Source: Bdellovibrionales bacterium
Lineage (GTDB): Bacteria; Bdellovibrionota; Bdellovibrionia; Bdellovibrionales; UBA1609
Assembly: GCA_965199825.1 (NCBI GenBank)
Contig: OZ241329.1
Span: 2,592,001-2,656,000, forward strand
Reading direction: 5' to 3'
Length of the DNA stretch: 64,000 nt
Numbering within the stretch: the first letter of the stretch is position 1; every line of letters starts with the position of its first letter. This document shows positions 10,440 to 20,801 of the stretch, piece after piece. Made by a program: the position numbers and the translations under genes. Under the pieces are notes generated by a model. It worked only from the letters and a program-made list of their open reading frames with translations, had not been told where the DNA came from and ran no database searches.

Positions 10440-13105
10440 TAGAGTGCTCGTGCTACTTGCTCTTTGATAAAAGCCTCGATGACATCATTTGGCTTCAAAT
10501 CATTATAATTTTCGATTCCGATACCGCACTCAAATCCTTGAGCCACTTCTTTTGCATCGTCTTTGAAACGTTTAAGACTTGAGATTTTGCCTTCGGTAAT
10601 GATTTTTCCATCGCGAATCAAACGAACACTCGCATTGCGCGCGATTTTCCCGTCGACCACGGCACAGCCACCGATAGTTCCAATTTTTGGTACAACAAAA
10701 ATATTTCGAACCTCGGCGCGACCAAGAATTTTTTCGACAAACTCTGGAGCTAAAAGACCGGTGAGGGCTTTTTTAAGATCATCCTGCATTTCGTAAATAA
10801 TCGAATAGGTTTTGACCTCAATGCCTTTTTCTTTTGCCATCCGCTGAGCACCTGCATCGGGGCGCACATTGAACCCAAGAATTAAACCATTACTGGTGTT
10901 GGCCAAAAGCACGTCGCTTTCAGAAATTCCACCCACTGCAGTATGAACAAGTTTAATTTTAACTTCTTGGTTGCCCATCTTTTCGAGCACCGCTTTGATC
11001 GCCTCAAGTGATCCTGCGACGTCGGCTTTTAACACCACGTTAAGTTCACGCACATCGCCCGCTTTGACCTTTGAAAAGATCTGCTCAAGACTCATTTTTT
11101 GATTTGGAGTCGTCGACTGCTGCAAATGAAGACTTCGTCGATCGGCCGCAAGCTTTCTTGCAATCTCATCATTTTCGCAGATATCAAATCGATCGCCGGC
11201 TTGGGGAACTTCTTCGAGTCCCATCACTTCCACAGGATAACCGGGCAACACTTGATTGACCGATTCATCACGGTCGTTTCGCATCGAGCGAATACGTCCA
11301 GGGACCATACCTGCAACAATGGGTTGACTGACATTGAGGGTTCCATCTTTGACCAAAACCGTGGCGACAGGACCGCGTCCTTTTTCCATTCGGCTCTCAA
11401 TGACAATCCCCCATGCACTGCGTGCCGGATTGGCTTTGAGATCGAGCACTTCACTGAGCAAAAGAATTTGTTCTAACAGTGTGTCGATACCGGTTTTTTG
11501 TACGGCTGAAACGCCCACAAAAATCTGACTTCCTCCCCACTCTTCGGGAACAATTTCATATTCGGTCAGCTGTTGTTTGATACGGTCCATATTCGCATTA
11601 GGTCTATCAATTTTGTTTACAGCAATAATCATTGGAACATTTGCGGCTTTGGCATGATTGATCGCCTCAACCGTTTGCGGCATTACACCATCATCAGCGG
11701 CAACAACAATGATCGCAATATCAGTAACGTTTGCCCCGCGCGCCCGCATGGCGGTGAAGGCTTCGTGTCCTGGAGTATCAAGAAATGTCACAACCTGGCC
11801 GTCGCCCACTTTTACTGAGTAAGCACCAATATGTTGAGTGATTCCACCTGCTTCTCCTGAAGCGACATCGGCTTTACGGATCGCATCGAGTAAACTGGTT
11901 TTACCATGATCGACGTGACCCATCACTGTCACCACAGGAGGACGCGTAATCAATTCGGCTGTTAAATCACCAAAGGCCACACTGCTGATCATGTCTTCGG
12001 CGGATTGATGAAGTGTTTGGGCTTCGAATTTAAATTCAGGAGCAATTAAAGCCACTGTATCAAAATCAAGGTCCGAATTCATGTTGGCCATCACGCCATT
12101 GGCCATTAATTTTTTTGTCAACTCAGGAACTTTGATGCCCAGTTGAGCCGCAAGTTCTGAAACTTTAATACTCTCATACATTTTAACAATGCGTTTATGT
12201 GCTGCAGGCGTGGTGATCAGAGTTTTTCTGACTTCGTTTCGACCCGACATCACCTTTTTCTTTTTGGGCTGAAAAATCACTTCGCGTTTACGAAATTCGG
12301 TGGCCGAGAAATGTTTGACCTCGGTCTCGCGCGGACCTGCGTTTTTCTTTTTGGCAATCTCGGCTTCGGTTTCGGTAAAATTCACGGTAGGAGCCGAGAA
12401 AAATCCGGTGCGGATATTTCGTTGAGTATTTCGCAGTGGCCGTGCTGCAGCTCCTGCTGCACCCCCAGCTGCACCCGTTGATGGAGAAGTTGTCCCACCC
12501 TGATTTTGTTGAGGAGTCTGGGGTGTTCGGGTGACCCGCTTTAAATCCATGCGGCCAATAATATTTCTTCTTACAGGCAAAACACGCTGAGGGACTGCAG
12601 GCGCCGCAGGCTGTGACGTTACCGCTTGAGCCTCATGGTTAGGACTTGCGACTGTATGTTCTTGTTCCGCGGCCTGAGGTTTGAGAGCTGCCATAGCAGC
12701 TTCTTCGGCCTCGGCTGCCGCAGCGGCGGCGGCTGCAAGCTCGGCCTCGCGCTCGAGCGCGCCGGCTTTACGGCGAATCACGCCGGTGGTTTTTTTGGCG
12801 TTTTCTGCTGCTAACGCATCAACGGCGGCGGTTTCTTTTTTAACCACTTTCTTTTTGGTAACAGGTGGTTTTTCGGCCGCCGGTTTTGGTTTGATCGTGG
12901 CAACTTTTTTGGTTACCGCTCGTTTTGTTCGCTCGCGCGAACCCGACTCTGCGCTAAGACGCGAACGGATTTCGGTGATCTGTTCAGGATCAAGTGTTGC
13001 CATGTGGCTTTTGATTGGCAGCTTCCACTCACGGATTTTATCCATCAGAGTTAAAGTTTCGATGCCCACTTCTTTTGCAAATTCATAAACCTTTTGTTGG
13101 TTCAA
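10439..13105 (-). CDS. infB: Translation initiation factor IF-2
   Basis: [32 protein letters not shown] and SLKRFKDD. Confidence 0.98.
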   Translation of the reverse strand: MNQQKVYEFAKEVGIETLTLMDKIREWKLPIKSHMATLDPEQITEIRSRLSAESGSRERTKRAVTKKVATIKPKPAAEKPPVTKKKVVKKETAAVDALAAENAKKTTGVIRRKAGALEREAELAAAAAAAAEAEEAAMAALKPQAAEQEHTVASPNHEAQAVTSQPAAPAVPQRVLPVRRNIIGRMDLKRVTRTPQTPQQNQGGTTSPSTGAAGGAAGAAARPLRNTQRNIRTGFFSAPTVNFTETEAEIAKKKNAGPRETEVKHFSATEFRKREVIFQPKKKKVMSGRNEVRKTLITTPAAHKRIVKMYESIKVSELAAQLGIKVPELTKKLMANGVMANMNSDLDFDTVALIAPEFKFEAQTLHQSAEDMISSVAFGDLTAELITRPPVVTVMGHVDHGKTSLLDAIRKADVASGEAGGITQHIGAYSVKVGDGQVVTFLDTPGHEAFTAMRARGANVTDIAIIVVAADDGVMPQTVEAINHAKAANVPMIIAVNKIDRPNANMDRIKQQLTEYEIVPEEWGGSQIFVGVSAVQKTGIDTLLEQILLLSEVLDLKANPARSAWGIVIESRMEKGRGPVATVLVKDGTLNVSQPIVAGMVPGRIRSMRNDRDESVNQVLPGYPVEVMGLEEVPQAGDRFDICENDEIARKLAADRRSLHLQQSTTPNQKMSLEQIFSKVKAGDVRELNVVLKADVAGSLEAIKAVLEKMGNQEVKIKLVHTAVGGISESDVLLANTSNGLILGFNVRPDAGAQRMAKEKGIEVKTYSIIYEMQDDLKKALTGLLAPEFVEKILGRAEVRNIFVVPKIGTIGGCAVVDGKIARNASVRLIRDGKIITEGKISSLKRFKDDAKEVAQGFECGIGIENYNDLKPNDVIEAFIKEQVARAL

Positions 13106-14527
13106 TTAGCTCTCCTCACTATCAACTTTCGCGTCGGCCTCAGATTTTGCTTTTAACTGCGCCATTTCTTCTTTGAGTCTCTGATCCGCTTGAGTTTTGG
13201 CGTCATCACTGCGGTGCTCGGTGCCTGCTCGAGCCGACACTGTCGGTACGGGCTTGCCTTCTTTTTTGTATTGATCGACAAGATTTTTGGCTTCGTCGAT
13301 TAATTTTTGGCCCTTTTCATCGGCTTCGTATCCAGGAATTTCCATCACATCCTCAAGCCGAGCTTGAGCCAATGCTTGAAAGGAATTGAAACCCGATTGG
13401 TAAATATTTTGGGCCATGGTTTCGTTCATACCAGGAATCAACATCAAATTGAATATGGCCTCGGCATTTTTAGCAGAGGATGCTGACTCCGACATAATAT
13501 CGAGCCGCCATGTGGAAAGTTTTGCTGCAAGCTTCACGTTTTGGCCGCGCTTCCCAATCGCAAGACTTAATTGATGATCAGGAACCACAATTTCCATTGC
13601 GTGATTGTTGTCGTCCATAAACACCTTTGAGATTTCGGCGGGTGCTAAGGCATTACAAACAAAACGTGCGGGGTCATCATCCCAATTCACAATATCTATT
13701 TTCTCGCCGCGGAGTTCTTGAACAATATTTTGAACCCGCGAGCCCTTCATTCCCACACACGCGCCCACGGGATCAACCGCGGCATCTTTGGAACGAACCG
13801 CAATCTTTGCTCTCTGACCTGGCTCACGAGCGGCGGTCACAATTTCAACAATTCCATCATAGATTTCTGGAACCTCAATTTCAAAAAGTTTCATCAGATA
13901 GCGCTCATCTGCTCGCGACATAATGATTTGGGGGCCGCGAGTCGTCTGACGAACATCACAAATATAACCTTGGAGACGATCACCCGGTTTGTATTGCTCG
14001 CCAGGAATTTGTTCGCGTGGAGGAATATAAGCTTCGGTGCGACCAAGATCGACAACGATGGCACCCCGTTCAACTCGTCGGGCAATTCCAGAGGCGATCT
14101 CGCCTTTACGACTTTCAAATTCGGCAAAAATAATATCGCGTTCGGCATCGCGTACGCGCTGGGTGATAATTTGTTTTGCGGTTTGGGCGGCAATGCGTCC
14201 CAAATCTTTGGTTTGAAGTTTTGATCCGATCGAATCGTGAAGCTGAGCTTCAGGATCTAAAACCAAAGCTTCGGAATGTTTGATTTCAATTTCTTCGTCG
14301 ATAAAATCTTCGTCTGGAACAACTTCTTTAAATTCGTAGAGTTCAACTTCACCAGACTCTTCGTTATATTGAGCTTCGATTTCGCGGTAAGTCCCGTATT
14401 TTTTTCGCGCAGCAATCAACATTCCTTGAATCACGGCGTCGATCACCACTTGTTTTTCGATACCCTTATCTTTACCAACTTGCTCGATCATTCGACTTAA
14501 ATCAGAAAACACATTTTCGGTTGCCAT
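13106..14527 (-). CDS. nusA: Transcription factor NusA
   Basis: RIAAQTAKQ, DPVGACVGMKGSRV, AIGKRGQNV and a C-terminal HhH region. Confidence 0.98.
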   Translation of the reverse strand: MATENVFSDLSRMIEQVGKDKGIEKQVVIDAVIQGMLIAARKKYGTYREIEAQYNEESGEVELYEFKEVVPDEDFIDEEIEIKHSEALVLDPEAQLHDSIGSKLQTKDLGRIAAQTAKQIITQRVRDAERDIIFAEFESRKGEIASGIARRVERGAIVVDLGRTEAYIPPREQIPGEQYKPGDRLQGYICDVRQTTRGPQIIMSRADERYLMKLFEIEVPEIYDGIVEIVTAAREPGQRAKIAVRSKDAAVDPVGACVGMKGSRVQNIVQELRGEKIDIVNWDDDPARFVCNALAPAEISKVFMDDNNHAMEIVVPDHQLSLAIGKRGQNVKLAAKLSTWRLDIMSESASSAKNAEAIFNLMLIPGMNETMAQNIYQSGFNSFQALAQARLEDVMEIPGYEADEKGQKLIDEAKNLVDQYKKEGKPVPTVSARAGTEHRSDDAKTQADQRLKEEMAQLKAKSEADAKVDSEES

Positions 14528-14529
14528 AG

Positions 14530-15033
14530 TTACCTCTTTTTCCCAGATTCAGGGCGAAACACGAGTTGTCCCCGCATAATTTCGGGCCAAGCAATGCGGC
14601 ACGATTTTTCGCCATCCTGAAGTTCAATTTCAGTTTCACCAACAGATTTAAGTTCACCTTCAACAGTTTTAAGAGCAGCACCAATTTCTGATTCACCCTT
14701 GTGCCATTTTTTTTCGCCAATCAACTTGATTCGCACGCGTCGACTCAAGGCTTTTTTGTAATGCCAATGCTGACTCAGTTTGCGCTCAAGCCCAGGGCTT
14801 GAAACTTCGAGCTCGTAATTGCCCGGAATTAAATCTTCCACATCTAAAAGTAAATTGAGGGAACGTGAATATTGGGCGCAATCTTCAACACTGACCTGAC
14901 CCACTTCGCGGTCGATCAGGACACGCAAAGTTCTTCCACCTTGTTCGAGATCGTATAATAAAAGACCATGTTGCACGGCCACTTCATCAGCCAATTGCCG
15001 CAGTTTTAACGTAATTTCTTGATTTAAATCCAC
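14530..15033 (-). CDS. rimP: Ribosome maturation factor RimP
   Basis: LRVLID, VEDC and YELEVSSPGLER. First gene of the nusA operon. Confidence 0.95.
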   Translation of the reverse strand: MDLNQEITLKLRQLADEVAVQHGLLLYDLEQGGRTLRVLIDREVGQVSVEDCAQYSRSLNLLLDVEDLIPGNYELEVSSPGLERKLSQHWHYKKALSRRVRIKLIGEKKWHKGESEIGAALKTVEGELKSVGETEIELQDGEKSCRIAWPEIMRGQLVFRPESGKKR

Positions 15034-15056
15034 TTCGCCTCGAGTTAGAAAGACAC

Positions 15057-15083
15057 AAAAAAAGAGGGCTTTTACGCCCTCTT
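15057..15083 (-). terminator. Intrinsic terminator/attenuator in the rimP leader
   Basis: Minus strand AAGAGGGC-GTAAAA-GCCCTCTT followed by a T-run, 24 nt upstream of the rimP GTG. Confidence 0.7.
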
Positions 15084-15129
15084 ACGACTTGGTGAGTAAC
15101 AAAAATTCGCTTTGAAGGCAAATGGTTCT

Positions 15130-15567
15130 CTACTTTTCGAGAGAGTAAAGTAAAGCGGTGCCGCCATCGCGGTAGTAGGTGGTGCGCTTTCCCTGTAGGC
15201 GAAAGCCCATCGCCTCATAAAGCTGCACCGCGGCCGCATTCTTTTCATGAACCTCAAGCCAAATGCGTTGCTGAGGCATTGTGGCAAAAACATGATCGAG
15301 CAGACGCCGCATGATTCCCTGTCGCTGAAATTTTAAGGCCGTCGCAAGAACGGTGATGTCCAAAACATCCTGAAGCCGGCGGTAAATCAAAAAGGCCTTG
15401 ATGTCATTTGGTGACTCAAACAGTGCAAAACCTTCCCCCTCCGCTAAGGCTTCTAACAACAGGGGTACTGTCCATCCACCCCCAATAGGAAAGGGGTGGT
15501 TACTGTAGACCTCATCCAAAATGACTTTTAAATCTGGAATATGCGAACGATCAATTGGCTTAAACAT
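15130..15567 (-). CDS. RimI-like GNAT N-acetyltransferase
   Basis: FQRQGI and WLEVHEKNAAAVQLYEAMGF..RTTYY..A. Start taken at ATG 15567. Confidence 0.85.
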   Translation of the reverse strand: MFKPIDRSHIPDLKVILDEVYSNHPFPIGGGWTVPLLLEALAEGEGFALFESPNDIKAFLIYRRLQDVLDITVLATALKFQRQGIMRRLLDHVFATMPQQRIWLEVHEKNAAAVQLYEAMGFRLQGKRTTYYRDGGTALLYSLEK

Positions 15568-15568
15568 T

Positions 15569-16144
15569 TTAGGTAAAATTCTTGATGGCGTATTTAACTT
15601 GAAGGCTTTCAAGCCACTCGCGCACCCGGCTCTCAACTTGGGTTTTGATCAAAAAAGTTCGGATGTTCGCTTTGAAAGAGTCAAAGCTCGCGCTACCAAA
15701 TTTAATCCGATTTTGTTCAAAATAATTTTGAACCTCAGCATCTGAAATCACGGTTGCCGATGATTTCATTTTAAAATTCATCAAATTTTGGGCACGTAAA
15801 AAAACCTCGGCTGATTTTTGAATTTCGCGATCTGAAAAATTAAGAGTCTTCATAGTTTCGGACTGCCTGATTTTGGATTGCAAAATCTGCCTTGCACTTG
15901 AAAGCTCTTTTTCGGGGATCATATCCAGATGGTAATTTTCGGCCTCAAGATAAAGGGCATAATCGGTAATCACAGCTAAGGCTTGAGAATTTGAAATCTC
16001 CAATGATGGAGCTTCTTTTTGAAGAAACATTTGGTGGAGATGGGCTTCTCGACTGGTGAGCACATGGTCTTTGACTTGACCAATCGTTGTTGAAAACACA
16101 AACGCGAGTGCACTTTGAGAAAATAAAATTAACAGTATGTTCAC
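15569..16144 (-). CDS. Exported SurA N-terminal-like chaperone domain protein
   Basis: Signal peptide, GQVKDHVLT, ISDAEVQNYFEQN and WLESLQVKYAIK. No PPIase domain. Confidence 0.6.
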   Translation of the reverse strand: MNILLILFSQSALAFVFSTTIGQVKDHVLTSREAHLHQMFLQKEAPSLEISNSQALAVITDYALYLEAENYHLDMIPEKELSSARQILQSKIRQSETMKTLNFSDREIQKSAEVFLRAQNLMNFKMKSSATVISDAEVQNYFEQNRIKFGSASFDSFKANIRTFLIKTQVESRVREWLESLQVKYAIKNFT

Positions 16145-16162
16145 AGCACTGAAGAGTAAAAG

Positions 16163-16194
16163 AAAAAGCTAGAACCATCAAGGTCCTAGCTTTT
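16163..16194 (-). terminator. Intrinsic terminator
   Basis: AAAAGCTAGGACC-TTGAT-GGTTCTAGCTTTTT directly after the 16205 stop codon. Confidence 0.75.
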
Positions 16195-16204
16195 AATATC
16201 TTAT

Positions 16205-17236
16205 TTAGAAGTAGTATTTTCCGGTCAAAAGCACAGTCCAATAGCCCGCTTTTTCTAGAGGCTTAACCGCTCCGTAACCGTAGTACGCATTGTTGCCATC
16301 GATAAATGTACTATTCGAAATAGCAAACACGTTAGCCATGTATCGAGCGTCAATTCCTACCGACATCTCTTCGGTCAATGTGGCATCAGCACCAAACGAC
16401 ACACCTAAATCAAAAGCATTCGAAGAGGTGCTTGAATCCAGCGACGATCCACCAATTTTTGAGGTGTAATCACGTTTTGTGTACTGGGCAACACCACCAA
16501 TAAAGGGATGAAACCAACGATGATTGCGCAGCATTTGGTATTTTGCAGCCATCGAAAATCCGTACTGATCCACGTTTTGGTAAGCAGGTGCAGTGTAATA
16601 ATCATTCAAATAATAATTGCTGAACAAAAATGTTCCTTCGAGGATCAAACCATTTTTGTAGAGTTGACCGATCGAAAATCCACCAGCAAAATTTCCTTGA
16701 ACATTAGAAACTCCAGAGTAGCTCGAAGTTCCCAAAAGGGCTCCAACATACCAACGTCCAAAACCATCGTCATCTTCGCGCTCTTCGCGTTTGACTTCTT
16801 TTGGCTCAGGCTTTGGCGGAACAAACTCAGTGGGTTGAACCACGATCACTTGGGGTGGCAATGGAGCTGGGGCTACAGGCGGTGGTGGCGGAGGGAGTGG
16901 AGCCGGAGCTTTTATTTCCTCTTTAATCACTTCTTTTTTAACCACAACTTCAGGCTCTTCTAAACGATTGCCAAACAGGCGATCTGCCCGCTTTTTTTCA
17001 TCCTGAAGACGTGACTCTTCAAGTTTTTCGACAATTCTTTGTTCGGTCGAGACTTCCGCATGCTCACGCGCTTTGCGAAGGTTGCTCGCGCGTGAATCCT
17101 CAAGCGGTGCGGCCTCGACGTTTGTCGCTGGCTGGGCACTTCGCCGAAGTGTAGAGTCGTCATATTGGGCTTTTGCCGTGATCGAAAAAGCAAGTAGGCC
17201 AACGGCAATTGGCAGTGAGACAGTCTTTGTCTTCAT
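16205..17236 (-). CDS. Outer-membrane beta-barrel protein with N-terminal coiled coil and Pro-rich linker
   Basis: Signal peptide MKTKTV..AKA, a charged helix, a PPPPPP linker and an OmpA-like barrel ending YYF. Confidence 0.75.
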   Translation of the reverse strand: MKTKTVSLPIAVGLLAFSITAKAQYDDSTLRRSAQPATNVEAAPLEDSRASNLRKAREHAEVSTEQRIVEKLEESRLQDEKKRADRLFGNRLEEPEVVVKKEVIKEEIKAPAPLPPPPPPVAPAPLPPQVIVVQPTEFVPPKPEPKEVKREEREDDDGFGRWYVGALLGTSSYSGVSNVQGNFAGGFSIGQLYKNGLILEGTFLFSNYYLNDYYTAPAYQNVDQYGFSMAAKYQMLRNHRWFHPFIGGVAQYTKRDYTSKIGGSSLDSSTSSNAFDLGVSFGADATLTEEMSVGIDARYMANVFAISNSTFIDGNNAYYGYGAVKPLEKAGYWTVLLTGKYYF

Positions 17237-17288
17237 AATAAACATTCCCTCATGGTCTGTTAGGTTCAAAATTTCAATATTTGGTAGA

Positions 17289-17303
17289 GCAACCCCTATG
17301 CCG
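17289..17303 (-). promoter_or_regulatory. Sigma54-type -24/-12 promoter
   Basis: CGGCATAGGGGTTGC has GG-N10-GC spacing and lies about 50 nt upstream of the 17236 start. Confidence 0.55.
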
Positions 17304-17414
17304 CTTCCAATCTCCTTTAATGTTAGTTGAAAAGGGCTATTGTGCGCAATAGGCAAACATTGCCTGAAAAAACTTCTTGATGGTGACGCAATTCGTGATT
17401 AGGCATAGGCCATT

Positions 17415-17498
17415 GGCCTCGTGGTGGAATTGGTAGACGCGCTGGACTCAAAATCCAGTGTCCGCAAGGACGTGTCAGTTCGATTCTGACCGAGGCCA
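17415..17498 (+). tRNA. tRNA-Leu (CAA)
   Basis: Acceptor stem GGCCTCG/CGAGGCC, D-loop AATTGGTAGA, anticodon arm CTGGA-CTCAAAA-TCCAG, long variable arm GTCC-GCAA-GGAC and T-arm GTCAG-TTCGATT-CTGAC. CCA is not encoded. Confidence 0.97.
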
Positions 17499-17554
17499 TT
17501 ATCTTTAGCCCCTCTTTTGAATCCTGACTTGCCCTACTCAAACTCGTCTTTAGC

Positions 17555-18034
17555 CTATCTAGTCGACGAAGGTGCACCCAAGCTCATCCAAGCTGAAGAA
17601 GGATCGTTTGACTGGCTTGAAGGCGCCACAAAACAAACATAAGTCATAGCCAAGATGCACGCCGCAACAGCTAGCGGCAATACATGCGGACTTTTTGAGG
17701 CAACCAAAGTTTTTTTCGCACCATACTTTATAAGACTGGCTGCAAGATCCTCGTCATTTTGTGACAACAAGGGATCAAACCGAAACTCAACACCTTTTGA
17801 TTTAAGAAGAGCCATTTGCTGCCTTACTTGGCGCAAACTTTCTTTGCTTGAATTGCCATCATTGTAGTTTGCCGCAAATCCATCGAGGGCTGCTTGAAAT
17901 CCCTCAAGCGAGGGCTGATTGGAAGGTTGAACCGCATCGATAGTTATCGGTTTATCGCTACCCGCTGCTGTTGCTCTTGCGAACGTGGGAGCAAGAAATA
18001 AAAAAACAAGAAGAAAGGGCTTAAGTTGTTTCAT
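17555..18034 (-). CDS. Hypothetical exported protein with C-terminal hydrophobic helix
   Basis: Signal peptide ending ARA and C-terminal VLPLAVAACILAMTYVCFVA. Confidence 0.6.
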   Translation of the reverse strand: MKQLKPFLLVFLFLAPTFARATAAGSDKPITIDAVQPSNQPSLEGFQAALDGFAANYNDGNSSKESLRQVRQQMALLKSKGVEFRFDPLLSQNDEDLAASLIKYGAKKTLVASKSPHVLPLAVAACILAMTYVCFVAPSSQSNDPSSAWMSLGAPSSTR

Positions 18035-18249
18035 ACGGTTTTAAATAGCAAATGTTGTGCAGACTCTTTTCAATCCTAAGGCGAGTTTGCTGTTGAAAAC
18101 ATAAACGCACGTTTGATTTACGATACATCTCTCATTATGAGACGCCATTTATTTTTGCGAACGATGGTAGTTGGTGACTCAAGCTTAAAAAAATAAAATT
18201 TGTGTTATCTCAAAAAGAGATTCACACTGATCAGCAAACGGAGGATCCC

Positions 18250-18489
18250 ATGGCAACTAAGAAGGCATCTAAAAAAGCATCGAAGAAAAAAGCGACAAGC
18301 AAAAAAGCAACGAGCAAAAAGAAAGCATCAAAAAAGAAATCATCGGGTAAAAAACCTGGTCTTTATGCAAATATTCAAAAAGCTCAAGCACGACAAAAAA
18401 AGGGCGGAAAAAAAGTTCGCAAAAAAGGCGAAGCAGGCGCTCCCACCGATAAAGCATTCAAAAAAGCAAAACGAACAGCCAAAAAATAA
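18250..18489 (+). CDS. Lysine-rich histone H1-like small basic protein
   Basis: GGAGGA RBS before ATG 18250. KKAS/KKAT repeats are followed by KPGLYANI..KGEAGAPT..AFKKAKRTAKK. It has its own terminator. Confidence 0.8.
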   Translation: MATKKASKKASKKKATSKKATSKKKASKKKSSGKKPGLYANIQKAQARQKKGGKKVRKKGEAGAPTDKAFKKAKRTAKK

Positions 18490-18500
18490 GTTTTCTTTAA

Positions 18501-18531
18501 AGAGGCGTCGATCTGTCGACCCTCTTTTTTT
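18501..18531 (+). terminator. Intrinsic terminator
   Basis: AGAGG(C)GTCGA-TCTG-TCGACCCTCT followed by a T-run. Confidence 0.75.
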
Positions 18532-18540
18532 GCCGATCGA

Positions 18541-19851
18541 TCACCGATGCAGAAATGTCCAAAACAGACTGATATTGGCAATGACGATCACCAAAAATAT
18601 GACACATGAAATTCCGAATGAGATCGATCCCAAAGCAAATTGATTCATAATCTTACGGCTCTGACTAAACTGAATAATCGGAATTAAAGTCAGCGGCAGC
18701 TGCAGACTTAACACCACTTGGCTGATCACCAATAGCTCGCTCACTCCCCCATCACCCAAAATCGAGATACCGATAAATGCGGGCACAAGAGCCAAGGATC
18801 GAGTGATGAGTCGCCTTTTCCAGCAAGGCATTTTGAGATTCAAAAAGCCCTCAAACAAAACTTGGCCCGCAATCGTTCCGGTTAAGGTTGAACTTTGCCC
18901 TGCTGCCAAAAGAGCAATCCCAAATAAAAATTTGCCCAGTGCTAGTCCGGTAAGGGGTTCAAGCAAACGATAAGCTTCGCTGATGTCGGTCACTGAGGTG
19001 TAACCCGATTTATTGAATGCCGCCGAGGCCATAATCAATATTGCTGCATTAACCAGAAAGGCGAAAAATAAGGTGGCACAAAGATCAAAATTAAAAAAGC
19101 GGATCGCACTTTTTTTATCTTCAAAGCTATCGCCAATATTGCGGGTGTGAACGATGGCAGAATGTAAAAAAAGATTGTGGGGCATCACGGTTGCACCAAG
19201 AATTCCAACTGCGATGTAGAGAGCCGTTCCTTGTGGAAATTCTAATGGAATCATGCCGTGCAAAACTTCATTCCACTGCGGCTTTACCAAAAATAATTCG
19301 ACAAAAAATGCAATCCCAATAGTTGATACGAGTCCGAGGATCAAAGCCTCAAGTCGCCGAAACCCTTTGCCCTGAAAGGCGAGCACAATCAGTGTGTCCA
19401 CCGATGTGAGCAAGATTCCAATGGGCATCGAAAAACCAAAAAGAAGATGAAATGCCAATGCACTTCCCAAAACTTCTGCAATATCGGTCGCAATAATTGC
19501 AACTTCACCTGAGAGCCAAAGCACAATGTTGACCGTTCGAGAGTATTGATCAAAACAGAGCTTTGCTAAGTCTTTTCCCGTGACCACTCCCAAGCGCATA
19601 CTCAAACTTTGCAAAAACATAGCGGTCATACTCGAAAACAAAATCACGTAGAGCAGGGTGTATCCAAAGCGCGAGCCGGCCTCGAGATCGGTGGCCCAAT
19701 TACCGGGATCCATGTAACCTACAGCGACCAATAAGCCAGGGCCAGTAAACAAAAGTAGTTTTTTTAAAAGACTAAGTTTTGGCGGGATATTAATTGCCCC
19801 TTCGACTTCGGATGGGCAAAAGGGCGCCGTAGCAATGTCGGGTAATTTCAT
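18541..19851 (-). CDS. mntH: Nramp-family Mn2+/Fe2+ transporter
   Basis: GYMDPGNW, GATVMPHNLFLHS, GQSSTLTGT and SQVVLSLQLP. Confidence 0.96.
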   Translation of the reverse strand: MKLPDIATAPFCPSEVEGAINIPPKLSLLKKLLLFTGPGLLVAVGYMDPGNWATDLEAGSRFGYTLLYVILFSSMTAMFLQSLSMRLGVVTGKDLAKLCFDQYSRTVNIVLWLSGEVAIIATDIAEVLGSALAFHLLFGFSMPIGILLTSVDTLIVLAFQGKGFRRLEALILGLVSTIGIAFFVELFLVKPQWNEVLHGMIPLEFPQGTALYIAVGILGATVMPHNLFLHSAIVHTRNIGDSFEDKKSAIRFFNFDLCATLFFAFLVNAAILIMASAAFNKSGYTSVTDISEAYRLLEPLTGLALGKFLFGIALLAAGQSSTLTGTIAGQVLFEGFLNLKMPCWKRRLITRSLALVPAFIGISILGDGGVSELLVISQVVLSLQLPLTLIPIIQFSQSRKIMNQFALGSISFGISCVIFLVIVIANISLFWTFLHR

Positions 19852-19881
19852 TGATTAAAAGGTTTAGCATGTCTTTTACTT

Positions 19882-20718
19882 TCAGGCCATGGCACGAGTG
19901 AATTTAAAATTGCCAATAAAGCTTCCAACGAGAATCAGGCCAAGGGCAAACAAAGTTTGGAGGCTTATGGTTTGGCCTCCAAAAATTACCAGCCATAATG
20001 TGGCGAGAACAATTATCAAATAGGATAAAGCACCGAGTTGTTTAGGGTCTCCATTTTTGATTGCAATGTCCCAGCAATAAAACCCAAGTCCGAGAGGTCC
20101 ACAGCCGAGCATAACAATCCAAAAATAATCTTGGCTTGAGAGATCGGCCGGGGGCTCAAAAAAATAATGGCAGATTAAACACAGGATTCCCGAAGCTAAA
20201 CAAAAACCTGAATTGGTAAAAGCAGAAAATGGTTTTACCAACTTTAAGCCCACAGAATAGAGCGCCCAAATCACCGCGGCTAAAAAGGCGAGACTCAGCC
20301 CAATAACTTCATTTGACCCGGCTAAGAGAGCCTCATAGCCCACAATCAAAAGTCCGATGAGTTTGAGAACCGCTCCAGCGATATGATTCCAGTGCAGCTC
20401 GCCGCCTAAAATGAGAACCGAAAAAAACACCAAGAGAATGGGCCAAAATTCTACAATAATTTGGGCACTCACTGGGGGAGCCATGCGGATCGCCACAAAG
20501 TAAATCGCATGAAAACCAAAGAATCCAAAAATTCCTAGTAACCAAACTTTGTAATCCAAACTGAACGAACGATAATGAAAGATTCCAAAAACACTGCCCA
20601 CAAGAAACGAAAGACCCGTCATTAAGTATGCTGGGACATGGGTTAAGGGTAAGGCTAAAACCGAAAGAGTCGACCATATGATGACTGCTGTCAGTCCGAG
20701 CCAAAAATTTTTATTCAT
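19882..20718 (-). CDS. DMT/EamA family transporter
   Basis: About 10 TM helices in two repeats; WALYS, GPLGLGFYCWD and GDPKQLGALSY. Confidence 0.88.
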   Translation of the reverse strand: MNKNFWLGLTAVIIWSTLSVLALPLTHVPAYLMTGLSFLVGSVFGIFHYRSFSLDYKVWLLGIFGFFGFHAIYFVAIRMAPPVSAQIIVEFWPILLVFFSVLILGGELHWNHIAGAVLKLIGLLIVGYEALLAGSNEVIGLSLAFLAAVIWALYSVGLKLVKPFSAFTNSGFCLASGILCLICHYFFEPPADLSSQDYFWIVMLGCGPLGLGFYCWDIAIKNGDPKQLGALSYLIIVLATLWLVIFGGQTISLQTLFALGLILVGSFIGNFKFTRAMA

Positions 20719-20801
20719 AAATTACTTTTTTCAGAACTTCGTAAGCTTGACCACTTCTATTTGTAAAATTAGAAGTAGGCATCTTTAACAAAAGGAAAAA
20801 A

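Noticed and set aside
12681..13088. Ala-rich + strand ORF and other short antisense ORFs in the track (e.g. 13718-14224, 56264-56647)
   Set aside because: These are shadows of well-supported genes on the opposite strand, with no independent motifs.
18200..18643. 147-aa basic ORF overlapping the H1-like gene
   Set aside because: It is an alternative frame of A-rich sequence, lacks an RBS, and runs through the terminator into mntH.
17415..20718. tRNA-anchored integrative element
   Set aside because: No integrase and no attR duplication of the tRNA 3' end were found.
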